From: an uncultured Alphaproteobacteria bacterium
GTDB lineage: Bacteria > Pseudomonadota > Alphaproteobacteria > Rs-D84
Direction: 5' to 3'
Length of the DNA: 64,000 bases
NCBI GenBank assembly: GCA_946623825.1
Contig: CAMORN010000002.1
Location: forward strand, 152,184 to 216,183
Position 1 is the first letter of the stretch; every line of letters starts with the position of its first letter. Of the stretch, positions 54,552-62,772 are shown in pieces. The position numbers and the translations under genes were made by a program. The notes beneath the pieces were generated by a model. It was not told where the DNA came from, searched no databases, and saw only the letters and a program-made list of their open reading frames with translations.

Positions 54552-55322
54552 ATGATAAATTGGTTGAATGTTATCCAGATATTAATCATAGTTATTGCAA
54601 TATATGCTTTCTATGTTGGATTTATTAAAAATACATCTTCTGAAAAATTGGTCAGGGGCTTGCTAGGGCTTGGTGTTTTGTGGGGTGTCAGTTTTGTTTT
54701 GCCATGGTTACATTTAAATTTGTTGGGACGTTTTTTGCATTGGTTAGCTTTGTTTTTATCTGTGGCTTTGATTGTTATTTTTCAACCAGAATTAAGAAAA
54801 TTATTAGCTCTGATGGGAAATATAAAGGGATGGAAAAATATTATTTTTGCATTTAAGCAAGATGCAAAAAAATCGTCTGATTCACAACAGGTTATAGAAG
54901 AAATTATCAAAGCTGTCAGTTATATGTCTGAAAAACATACGGGGGCTTTGATTGTTTTTCCAGAAGATATAGATGATGGTGTAATTGAAAGATACGGTAC
55001 AAAAATAGATGCGAATATAACGAGTGAACTATTGTTAACGATATTCTTTAATAAAACGCCATTGCATGATGGGGCAGTAATTATATCAAATAACAGAATC
55101 GCTTTTGCGGGTGCAATATTGCCGTTATCACAAAATCAATTGCAATGGAAGTATGGAACTCGTCATAGGGCAGCAATTGGAATGAGTGAAGTTTCTAAAT
55201 CAACTGTTTTGGTCGTTTCAGAAGAAACAGGGGACATTTCTTTTGCAGAAAAAGGTGGTATCAAAAAGTTTGATGATTTGAAAAAAATCCGTAATAAACT
55301 TGAAAAAATACTGGTTAAATAA
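54552..55322 (+). CDS. cdaA: Diadenylate cyclase CdaA (c-di-AMP synthase)
   Basis: Three N-terminal TM segments and a DAC domain: TGALIVF, PLHDGAVII, GTRHRAAIGMSE and VVSEETGDIS. Confidence 0.85.
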   Translation: MINWLNVIQILIIVIAIYAFYVGFIKNTSSEKLVRGLLGLGVLWGVSFVLPWLHLNLLGRFLHWLALFLSVALIVIFQPELRKLLALMGNIKGWKNIIFAFKQDAKKSSDSQQVIEEIIKAVSYMSEKHTGALIVFPEDIDDGVIERYGTKIDANITSELLLTIFFNKTPLHDGAVIISNNRIAFAGAILPLSQNQLQWKYGTRHRAAIGMSEVSKSTVLVVSEETGDISFAEKGGIKKFDDLKKIRNKLEKILVK

Positions 55323-55457
55323 AATTGTAAAATAATATTTTTTGTCAAATATTTGCTCGCTTAAAAATTGTGAGATTAATTCTTGCACCGAATCGGTGTT
55401 TTTTGATAAACTGCAACTAAGTAATAAGAAAAAAATAAAACACACAGGAGAAAGGTT

Positions 55458-56567
55458 ATGGAATTTTCAGTGTTTCGTCAGGATTTGATACGTGCGCTGG
55501 GACATATGCAGTCCATTGTTGAAAAACGCGCAACTTTGCCAATATTGGTAAATGTCAAAATAGAAGTATCTGACGATTTAATTTTGTCTGCTACAAATGT
55601 TGATTTGGAATTGGTTGAACATGTTGCTGCCGATATTACATTGGCTGGTAAAATCACCGTTCCTGTTCAGATGTTGTATGATATTGTTCGTAAATTGCCT
55701 GATGATGCGGAAATCAATTTTAAACAATCTGGCGATAAATTGGTTGTTTCAAGTGGTCGTGCAGTATTTCAATTGCCAACATTGCCAGCAGAAAATTTCC
55801 CTGCAATGGCTGGCGGTAATTTGACTACAAAATTCCAAATGACAACTGGTGATTTAGCTCATTTGATTAATCAAACAAAATTTGCAATTCCAACAGATGA
55901 TGTTCGTTATCATCTTGGTGGAATTTATTTCCATATTGGTGATGATGAAAAATTGACAGCCGTTGCAACAGATGCACAACGCATGGCTTTGTGTGCAATC
56001 AATGCCCCAGAAGGCAGCAAAACAATGCCGGCAGTTATTTTACCAAGACGCGTTATCGGTGAATTGTCAAAATTATTGGAAGATGCAACAGTTGATGATG
56101 TTTTAATTGAATTGTCTGATACCAAGGCTCGCTTTACAATTGGTTCTGCCACATTGACAAGCAAATTGGTTGATGCACAATATCCAAATTATCGTGTTGT
56201 TATACCAAAAGGTAATGATAAAATTGCAATCTTGGACAGAAAACAATTTATCAATGCGGTTGATTTGGTGTCCGTAGCCAGTGTTGATAAAACAAAATCT
56301 GTTCAATTGGCGTTTTCTATGAACAAATTGGTTATCAGTGCATCAAGTCAAGATGCAGGAACAGCAACACAAGAATTGGATGTTGAATACAATGGTGATG
56401 CAACATTTAACATTAATTTCAATGTTAAATTCTTGCTTGATGTTGCAGGTCAGGTAGAAGGTGAAAAATTCCAAATGGAAATGCAGGAATCTTTATCACC
56501 AACAATTATTAAATCTACTGATAAAGATACAGATGCATTGTTTGTTTTGATGCCAATGCGTATGTAA
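55458..56567 (+). CDS. dnaN: DNA polymerase III beta sliding clamp
   Basis: 369 aa with three-domain periodicity. N-terminus MEFSVFRQDLIRALGHMQSIVEKRATLPIL and C-terminus LMPMRM. Confidence 0.9.
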   Translation: MEFSVFRQDLIRALGHMQSIVEKRATLPILVNVKIEVSDDLILSATNVDLELVEHVAADITLAGKITVPVQMLYDIVRKLPDDAEINFKQSGDKLVVSSGRAVFQLPTLPAENFPAMAGGNLTTKFQMTTGDLAHLINQTKFAIPTDDVRYHLGGIYFHIGDDEKLTAVATDAQRMALCAINAPEGSKTMPAVILPRRVIGELSKLLEDATVDDVLIELSDTKARFTIGSATLTSKLVDAQYPNYRVVIPKGNDKIAILDRKQFINAVDLVSVASVDKTKSVQLAFSMNKLVISASSQDAGTATQELDVEYNGDATFNINFNVKFLLDVAGQVEGEKFQMEMQESLSPTIIKSTDKDTDALFVLMPMRM

Positions 56568-56583
56568 TAGAATTTAATAAAAT

Positions 56584-56611
56584 AAAAAATCCGTCATTTG
56601 ACGGATTTTTT
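56584..56611 (+). terminator. Intrinsic terminator after dnaN
   Basis: tccgtc-attt-gacgga hairpin plus T6. Confidence 0.75.
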
Positions 56612-56634
56612 AATCTAAAAAACAAGAGGAAAAA

Positions 56635-57177
56635 ATGACTATAGAAGAAATTTCAGCTGGCAAAGAACCGCCAAAGAAAATGAATGCCATTATAGAGATA
56701 CCTGAAAATGGTGTGGTTAAATATGAAATTAACAAAGAAACTGGTTTGTTAAAAGTGGACAGAATTTTGCATACACCAATGGCGTATCCTGCGAACTATG
56801 GTTATTTCCCTGGAACTTTGGGTGATGATGGCGACCCACTTGATTGTGTGGTTGTTTGTAATGCGCCATTACGTCCAGGTGTTTTAATTGAGGTTCGCCC
56901 AATCGGTGTTTTAATCATGGAAGATCAGGCTGGTGGTGATGAAAAAGTCATCTGTGTTCCATTGGACAGAATTGATCCATATTACAAGGATACGAATTTT
57001 GTAGAAGAATTGCCGGCTATTTTGCGTTCCAAGATAGAATATTTCTTTCAACACTATAAAGATTTGCAACCACATTCTTGGTCCAAGGTCATAGGTTGGG
57101 GAAATCGTGAAGATGCAGATAAATGTATTATGGATTCCATAGACAGATATTGGAAACATAAACGCGAAATGCAATAA
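56635..57177 (+). CDS. ppa: Inorganic pyrophosphatase (family I)
   Basis: DGDPLDCVVV and GGDEKVICVP motifs. 180 aa. Confidence 0.9.
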   Translation: MTIEEISAGKEPPKKMNAIIEIPENGVVKYEINKETGLLKVDRILHTPMAYPANYGYFPGTLGDDGDPLDCVVVCNAPLRPGVLIEVRPIGVLIMEDQAGGDEKVICVPLDRIDPYYKDTNFVEELPAILRSKIEYFFQHYKDLQPHSWSKVIGWGNREDADKCIMDSIDRYWKHKREMQ

Positions 57178-57243
57178 AATGTTGCGAATATAAAAAGTTT
57201 ATTATATTCTTAATAAGTCAAAAAAATAACAAGAGGTATAAAA

Positions 57244-57813
57244 ATGGCATCATACATTGCTAATGATATGCGTGTTGGTTGGGTTATTTCCCACAATGGC
57301 AAACGTTATTCTGTCACATCTATTACCAAGGTAAAACCAGGTAAGGGTGGTGCTTTCGTTCAGGCAGATTTGCGTGATATTGATTCTGGTAATAAAGGTG
57401 GCGATCGCTGGCGTGCAGAAGACAAGGTTGAAAAATTGATGGTTGAAGATTTAGATTGTCAATATTTGTATTCTGACGGAACAGATGCGTTCTTTATGAA
57501 TTTGTCAGATTATGAACAGTTCACAATGCCAAACGAATCGTTAGGGGAACAAATGAAATTCTTGGCACCTGAAATGGTTGTAAAGGCAAACTTTGTAGAA
57601 GGTCATCCTGTATCTATCACATTACCAAAAACAGTTGTTGCAACTGTTGAAGAAACAGAACCTGCATTGAAAGGTCAAACAGCAACAAGTAGTGGTGGTA
57701 AACCTGCAATTTTAGATAATGGTGTTCGTGTTCAGGTTCCAACTTTTATTGAACAAGGTGAAAAAATTGTCGTTAACACAGAAACATTAGAATATGTTGA
57801 ACGTGCAAAATAA
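57244..57813 (+). CDS. efp: Elongation factor P
   Basis: KPGKGGAFVQADLRD loop. 189 aa with the OB-fold pattern. Confidence 0.9.
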   Translation: MASYIANDMRVGWVISHNGKRYSVTSITKVKPGKGGAFVQADLRDIDSGNKGGDRWRAEDKVEKLMVEDLDCQYLYSDGTDAFFMNLSDYEQFTMPNESLGEQMKFLAPEMVVKANFVEGHPVSITLPKTVVATVEETEPALKGQTATSSGGKPAILDNGVRVQVPTFIEQGEKIVVNTETLEYVERAK

Positions 57814-57830
57814 AAATGACATAAACCAAT

Positions 57831-57856
57831 AAAACCGCCGTAAAGGCGGTTTTTTA
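57831..57856. terminator. Bidirectional terminator between efp and fba
   Basis: aaaaccgcc-gtaaa-ggcggtttt hairpin. Confidence 0.75.
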
Positions 57857-57861
57857 TTTCT

Positions 57862-58803
57862 TTATATTTTATAACCAGAACCCATTATATTTTGTATTTC
57901 ATCTATGCAATTTTTTGTTACAGATTCACGTGCCTTGGTTAAATATGTTCGTGGGTCAAATGCGTTTTTATCTTTTGCCAATGTTTCACGAACAGCAGAT
58001 GTAAATGCAAGGCGTGAATCAGAATCTACATTTATTTTTGTTATATGCATTGATATTGCGTGACGTAATTGAGCCGGTGCAATACCAAAAGCATTTTTAA
58101 TATTGCCACCAAATTTATTTATGGTTTTGATAAATTTTTGTGGAACATTTGAAGCGCCATGTAAAACTAGTGGTGTGTTTGGAATTTCTGTTGCAATTTG
58201 TTCCAATATATCAAATCTCAATTTGTCGGTTGGTTTTGTCCTTTTGTATAAACCATGTGATGTTCCAATCGCAATAGCCAAAAAATCGGTTCCTGTTTCT
58301 TTTACGAAATTTTTAACAATTGTCGGGTCTGTATAAGAATTGTTTTTAGATTTTGTGTTTTTGTCTTCTATGCCGGCCAGAACACCCAATTCGGTTTCAA
58401 CAGAAACATTGTGTTTATGTGCGTATTCGACAACTTTTTTAGAAATTTTGATATTTTCTTTCAGGGGCAGACTGCTACCGTCAAACATAACGGAAGAAAA
58501 ACCAAGGTCGATTGCGTGTTTACAAATTTCAAAACTGTGTCCATGGTCAAGATGCAGGGCAATTTGATTGCGTTTTTTTTCTATGACATCAACCATTGCT
58601 ATTAAAATATTTTCGCCCATATAGGCAAGGGCACTTTCAGATACGGCTAAAATAATCGGACTGTGTGTGATATTTGACGCGTCAACAATGGCTTGCAGTG
58701 TTTCCATATTATAAAAATTAAAAGCCGGAACCGCGTATCCACCACGCAAAGCATTTTTTAATAATTTTTTAGTATCCGCCAAACCGAAATCTGTAAAATG
58801 CAT
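57862..58803 (-). CDS. fba: Class II fructose-bisphosphate aldolase
   Basis: ALHLDHG, LVLHGASN and KINVDSD motifs. 313 aa. Confidence 0.8.
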   Translation of the reverse strand: MHFTDFGLADTKKLLKNALRGGYAVPAFNFYNMETLQAIVDASNITHSPIILAVSESALAYMGENILIAMVDVIEKKRNQIALHLDHGHSFEICKHAIDLGFSSVMFDGSSLPLKENIKISKKVVEYAHKHNVSVETELGVLAGIEDKNTKSKNNSYTDPTIVKNFVKETGTDFLAIAIGTSHGLYKRTKPTDKLRFDILEQIATEIPNTPLVLHGASNVPQKFIKTINKFGGNIKNAFGIAPAQLRHAISMHITKINVDSDSRLAFTSAVRETLAKDKNAFDPRTYLTKARESVTKNCIDEIQNIMGSGYKI

Positions 58804-58950
58804 ATATTTTTCCTTTCGTTATAAATATTTTTATTATACCACAAAATACGGCTGGGTGCATTTATAAAAATCTTGACAACAGGAATATTTGTGTAACAAT
58901 TCAGATAACGAATCGGGACGCTAGAGAGATACAACAAAGGAAAAATAAAA

Positions 58951-59325
58951 ATGAAAAAAGCAATATTGTCTATGTTGGGCTTGGCCGTTGTTGCTGGCTG
59001 TTCTGGTTATGATTATTATGAATCCGATCTTCGCTATCGTCAAAAAGGTGATGATTGTGTATATTATTTTTCAGAAGAAGGTGAAAAATTTAATTCTGAA
59101 ATTCGCAATCTTCAAGATGCTAAAAAAATTGTTTATCGCAACACAAGATGTGCTGATTTGTATATGAATGATACTTTTAATGCACAACGCAATGATAGAA
59201 AAGCAATTGTTCCTGTGTATGTAGACAGTGAAATGCCAAAGAAATCAAACTGCGGTTGTTCTAAATGTGCAAAAAAACAAGTTTTGCAAAGCAGATACAT
59301 CATTGTTCCTTCTTATGCTGACTAA
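58951..59325 (+). CDS. Cys-rich lipoprotein of unknown function
   Basis: Lipobox VAGC. 124 aa with 6 further Cys, including a CGCSKC cluster. Confidence 0.5.
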   Translation: MKKAILSMLGLAVVAGCSGYDYYESDLRYRQKGDDCVYYFSEEGEKFNSEIRNLQDAKKIVYRNTRCADLYMNDTFNAQRNDRKAIVPVYVDSEMPKKSNCGCSKCAKKQVLQSRYIIVPSYAD

Positions 59326-59349
59326 TTGGTCGGGGAACGAAATAAATTA

Positions 59350-59379
59350 ACACCACAATAATTTTTGTGGTGTTTTTTA
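59350..59379 (+). terminator. Intrinsic terminator
   Basis: acaccacaa-taattt-ttgtggtgt hairpin plus T-run. Confidence 0.7.
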
Positions 59380-59435
59380 TTTGTTTATATGTATTTTTTG
59401 TGATAAAATGCAATAAAAGGTAAAAGGAGTTTTAT

Positions 59436-59813
59436 ATGAAAAAAATTATGAATAAAGTAAGTTTTGCTGTCGTTGGTTTGATGGCTTCTTCATCTGCATT
59501 TGCTGCCAAGGCTGGTGCTGTTGGAAAATCTGTGTCAATAAATGATGGTATGTGTGAATTGTTGGTTCGTTTACAGGGCGTGTTTAATATCTTGAGAATC
59601 ATGGCATTTATTGGTGCTGCATTCTATATCGCTGGTTGGGCATGGGAATTTATCTCTAAGGGTGAAGCAAAATTAGATGATGTGAAAAAACGTGGTATTG
59701 GTTTATTAGTCGGTTTTTCATTATTGTTCTTGGTAGGTATTGTTTTATCTTTCGTGATGTCTGCGTCCGGATTAAATATTATTGGTTGTGGCGACATCTT
59801 GAAAAAATGGTAA
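59436..59813 (+). CDS. VirB2/TrbC-like T4SS pilin candidate
   Basis: Signal peptide ending SAFA|AK, then hydrophobic helix 1 (ILRIMAFIGAAFYIAGWAW), a charged loop (SKGEAKLDDVKKRG) and helix 2 (IGLLVGFSLLFLVGIVLSFVM). This is the layout of VirB2-family pilins. SD aaggag. Confidence 0.45.
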   Translation: MKKIMNKVSFAVVGLMASSSAFAAKAGAVGKSVSINDGMCELLVRLQGVFNILRIMAFIGAAFYIAGWAWEFISKGEAKLDDVKKRGIGLLVGFSLLFLVGIVLSFVMSASGLNIIGCGDILKKW

Positions 59814-59830
59814 AGATAATCTTTAAAATT

Positions 59831-59857
59831 AAAACCGTCCATGTGGACGGTTTTTTA
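59831..59857. terminator. Bidirectional terminator
   Basis: aaaaccgtcc-atgt-ggacggtttt hairpin. Confidence 0.75.
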
Positions 59858-59873
59858 TTTGTTTTAATGGGTT

Positions 59874-60104
59874 TTAATTCTTTTTTGTTTCGTCTATATT
59901 TGCCAATGAAAACAGTACAGAAGATATCAAAGATTGATAGGGTACATGTTGTTCATCTGCTAATTCTTTAATTCTTTCCAATATTTGATGTGGAATACGC
60001 ATATTGATTACACAATCTGATTTATTGAACGCACGATATGCTGCATATTCACGCAGCAAAGATTCAATATTCATAACAAATAATTGTTGCATTACATTTG
60101 GCAT
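59874..60104 (-). CDS. BrnA-like ribbon-helix-helix antitoxin-family protein (no adjacent toxin)
   Basis: INMRIPHQILERIKELADEQHVPYQSLISSVL matches the BrnA/CopG antitoxin pattern (..R.P..L...K..A...G.PYQ.LI...L). Confidence 0.55.
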   Translation of the reverse strand: MPNVMQQLFVMNIESLLREYAAYRAFNKSDCVINMRIPHQILERIKELADEQHVPYQSLISSVLFSLANIDETKKN

Positions 60105-60206
60105 ATACGAACCTCTATACTTGTGTGATTACATATGACTATAACATTGTATTTACAATTGTCAATACATTTGTGTATATCTCTGTAATGGCGGAAATAT
60201 AGGCGT

Positions 60207-60233
60207 TTGTGTTGATTTGTGTATTGGTTGTGT
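60207..60233 (+). repeat. Three helically phased TTGTGT repeats (starts 60207, 60217, 60228)
   Basis: tTTGTGTtgatTTGTGTattggTTGTGTc. Further copies lie at 60121, 60171 and 60263 in the same 215-bp intergenic region. Confidence 0.6.
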
Positions 60234-60319
60234 CAAATAAAATTTTCCTTTAATTTTGATTTTTGTGTGCTAGTGTGTTAAAATCTTGAAAGATTAATTT
60301 AAGGAAAAGGATTATCATT

Positions 60320-61642
60320 ATGCGTAAATTTTTATCTTTATTTATTGGTATTTTTTCTTTGTGGTTTGCCCCAATCGCTCGTGCTGAATTACATGTTGAT
60401 ATTATTGCCGGTGAAACAGAACCAATTTCAATAGCAATTCAAAAATTTGAAACTGTTGGCAAAGTTTCTTCTTCCGATGCGAAAATGTTAAGGGAGGTTG
60501 TCGAAAACGATCTTAAAAGGACAGGTTTATTCAGAATTGTAAATCATGATGCGTTCCCAGAATTTGTAAAAATGAATGATATGCCTAATTTCAAGAGCTG
60601 GTCTGCGATTAAAACACAAAATTTGGTTCAAGCATCTGTAAAAGCAGAGGGGACAGATAATTATAAATTGGAATTTTATTTATGGGATGTTAATGGCAAA
60701 GAACAGATAGAGGCACAAAGTTTGGTTGCGTCAAAAAAATCTGTCCGTAGATTGGCGCATATTATGGCAGATGCTATATTTGAAAGATTGACCGGTGAAA
60801 TTGGTTATTTTGATACCCAAATTGTATTTATTGCTGAATCTGGTTCGGTGACAAACAGAGTTAAACGTATGGCTATTATGGATCAAGATGGTTATGGTAT
60901 GCGTTATTTGTCTGATAAAAACACATTTGTAATGTCTCCGCATTTTTCACCAAATATGGCAACGATTGTATTTTTATCTTACCGTAATGACGACCCAATG
61001 GTATGGGCGCTTGATTTAGATACAGGAAATCAAACAAAGTTGGGTAATTTTGGGGGTATGAGCTTTGCGCCGCGTTTTTCACCAGATGGTAGCAAGGTTG
61101 CATTATCTTTGGTTAAAAATGGAATTACAAATATATATGAATATGATATAAACGAAAAAACATTGCGCCAATTGACATTTGGAAAACACATAGACACATC
61201 GCCATCTTATTCCCCAGATGGTAAATATATGGCTTATAATTCAGATATGTCTGGTTCACAACAGATTCATATTTTGGATTTATCTACATTAAAACAAAAA
61301 CGTATTACTTTTGGAGCTGGCAGATATGCAACGCCAGCCTGGTCCCCAGATGGACATTTTATAGCATTTACAAAAATGGCTGATGATACATTTTATGTAG
61401 GTATTATGAATCAAGACGGACGACATGAAAAAATATTGGCTGGTGGTTGGTATATGGAAGCACCATCTTGGGCGCCAGGGTCTCGCAGAGTTGTTTATTA
61501 TGAAACAGAACGCAGTGAAGACAACCAAGAACGCGTAAGCCATATTCGCAGTGTAGATATCACAGGTCAAAATATTTATGATATTGAATTGCCAGACGGG
61601 CTTAGTGGTACAGAACCAACATGGTCACCAAAATTGCCATAA
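60320..61642 (+). CDS. tolB: Tol-Pal system beta-propeller protein TolB
   Basis: Signal peptide, an N-terminal alpha/beta domain and repeated SP(D/S)G propeller blades (PRFSPDGSKVA, PSYSPDGKYMAY, PAWSPDGHFIAF, PSWAPGSRRV). Confidence 0.85.
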   Translation: MRKFLSLFIGIFSLWFAPIARAELHVDIIAGETEPISIAIQKFETVGKVSSSDAKMLREVVENDLKRTGLFRIVNHDAFPEFVKMNDMPNFKSWSAIKTQNLVQASVKAEGTDNYKLEFYLWDVNGKEQIEAQSLVASKKSVRRLAHIMADAIFERLTGEIGYFDTQIVFIAESGSVTNRVKRMAIMDQDGYGMRYLSDKNTFVMSPHFSPNMATIVFLSYRNDDPMVWALDLDTGNQTKLGNFGGMSFAPRFSPDGSKVALSLVKNGITNIYEYDINEKTLRQLTFGKHIDTSPSYSPDGKYMAYNSDMSGSQQIHILDLSTLKQKRITFGAGRYATPAWSPDGHFIAFTKMADDTFYVGIMNQDGRHEKILAGGWYMEAPSWAPGSRRVVYYETERSEDNQERVSHIRSVDITGQNIYDIELPDGLSGTEPTWSPKLP

Positions 61643-61643
61643 T

Positions 61644-62060
61644 ATGAAAAAATTATTAACAGGATTTTTTGTATGTTTGTTTTGTGTTAATGCCTTTGCC
61701 ACACCAGCAGAGGTTAAACGCATTGTTGATGGTGATACATTTGTTGCAAAGGTTTTGTTGGCCGATGGGATAGAGGTTTTATCTGTTAGTGTTCGTTTGC
61801 GTAATGTTGATACACCGGAATTACACGGAAAATGCGATTCTGAAATAAAACGTGCAGAATATGCAAAACAAAGGTTAGGGGAAATTATTCCCGTTGGGAC
61901 AAAGGTAGAATTAAAAAACATCAAAAATGATAAATATCCAGGTCGTATTGATGCAAATGTTTTTGATTCTGCAAATCGTGATGTTGGTCTGGTTTTAGTT
62001 CAAGAAAACGTTGGTCGTCCATATGGGGGTGAAAAAAGAAAACCTTGGTGTGAAGAATAA
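61644..62060 (+). CDS. Secreted thermonuclease (SNase-like) family protein
   Basis: Signal peptide, then VDGDTF...VRLRNVDTPEL and a C-terminal GRPY. The start is set at ATG 61644. Confidence 0.7.
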   Translation: MKKLLTGFFVCLFCVNAFATPAEVKRIVDGDTFVAKVLLADGIEVLSVSVRLRNVDTPELHGKCDSEIKRAEYAKQRLGEIIPVGTKVELKNIKNDKYPGRIDANVFDSANRDVGLVLVQENVGRPYGGEKRKPWCEE

Positions 62061-62768
62061 CTAGCAACTGTGTTTGTTTATTGCGTTTTGGATTTCTTCG
62101 AGGGTTGCAGATGATGGTAATTCGTTTTCAAAATAAATATGCGTTGTACCAGATTTTATTTTTCCTTTCTTTGGCCAATATAAGCCTGTATCAACCCCAA
62201 CTGGCATGATTGGTAATTTTAATTCGCTGGCCAAGAATAATAAACCGCGTTTTAATGGAATTTTTTTGTTTGGTGCGACACGAGTTCCTTCTGGGAATAT
62301 AATTAATGTCATAGAATTCATGATTTTTTTCATAACATTATTTGTTAAATTTTTCATGTTTGTTGCACCGCGTTTACGGTTTACACCAATGAAGCCCAAT
62401 CTGGCAAATGCCCAACCGTAAAAAGGTATCCACATCAATTCCCGTTTTATTATGAAAAATGCATTTGGTATGTGTCTGAATAATATAATTGTTTCAAGCG
62501 CAGACATATGTTTAGATGCTATAATTGCGCGACCGTCCAAACGTGTGTTGATATTGTGTTTAAAAGGTATGCCGTTTTCATTTGTCATTGGATAATGCAA
62601 TTCATATTTTATGCCTGCGAACAATCGAATAACGACTAATGTGCATTTTGCAATGAATACAGAAATTTTTCTTTCAACATTTATATTGATTAATCCTATA
62701 AACAAAAAAGGTGCCCAAAACAAGAACCAAAAAAATAAAACAAAATACAAAATAATTTTTTTAAGCAT
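62061..62768 (-). CDS. plsC: 1-acyl-sn-glycerol-3-phosphate acyltransferase
   Basis: Acyltransferase blocks ASKHMSALET (HxxxxE/D variant) and IFPEGTR, with an N-terminal TM segment. Confidence 0.75.
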   Translation of the reverse strand: MLKKIILYFVLFFWFLFWAPFLFIGLININVERKISVFIAKCTLVVIRLFAGIKYELHYPMTNENGIPFKHNINTRLDGRAIIASKHMSALETIILFRHIPNAFFIIKRELMWIPFYGWAFARLGFIGVNRKRGATNMKNLTNNVMKKIMNSMTLIIFPEGTRVAPNKKIPLKRGLLFLASELKLPIMPVGVDTGLYWPKKGKIKSGTTHIYFENELPSSATLEEIQNAINKHSC

Positions 62769-62772
62769 ATTT

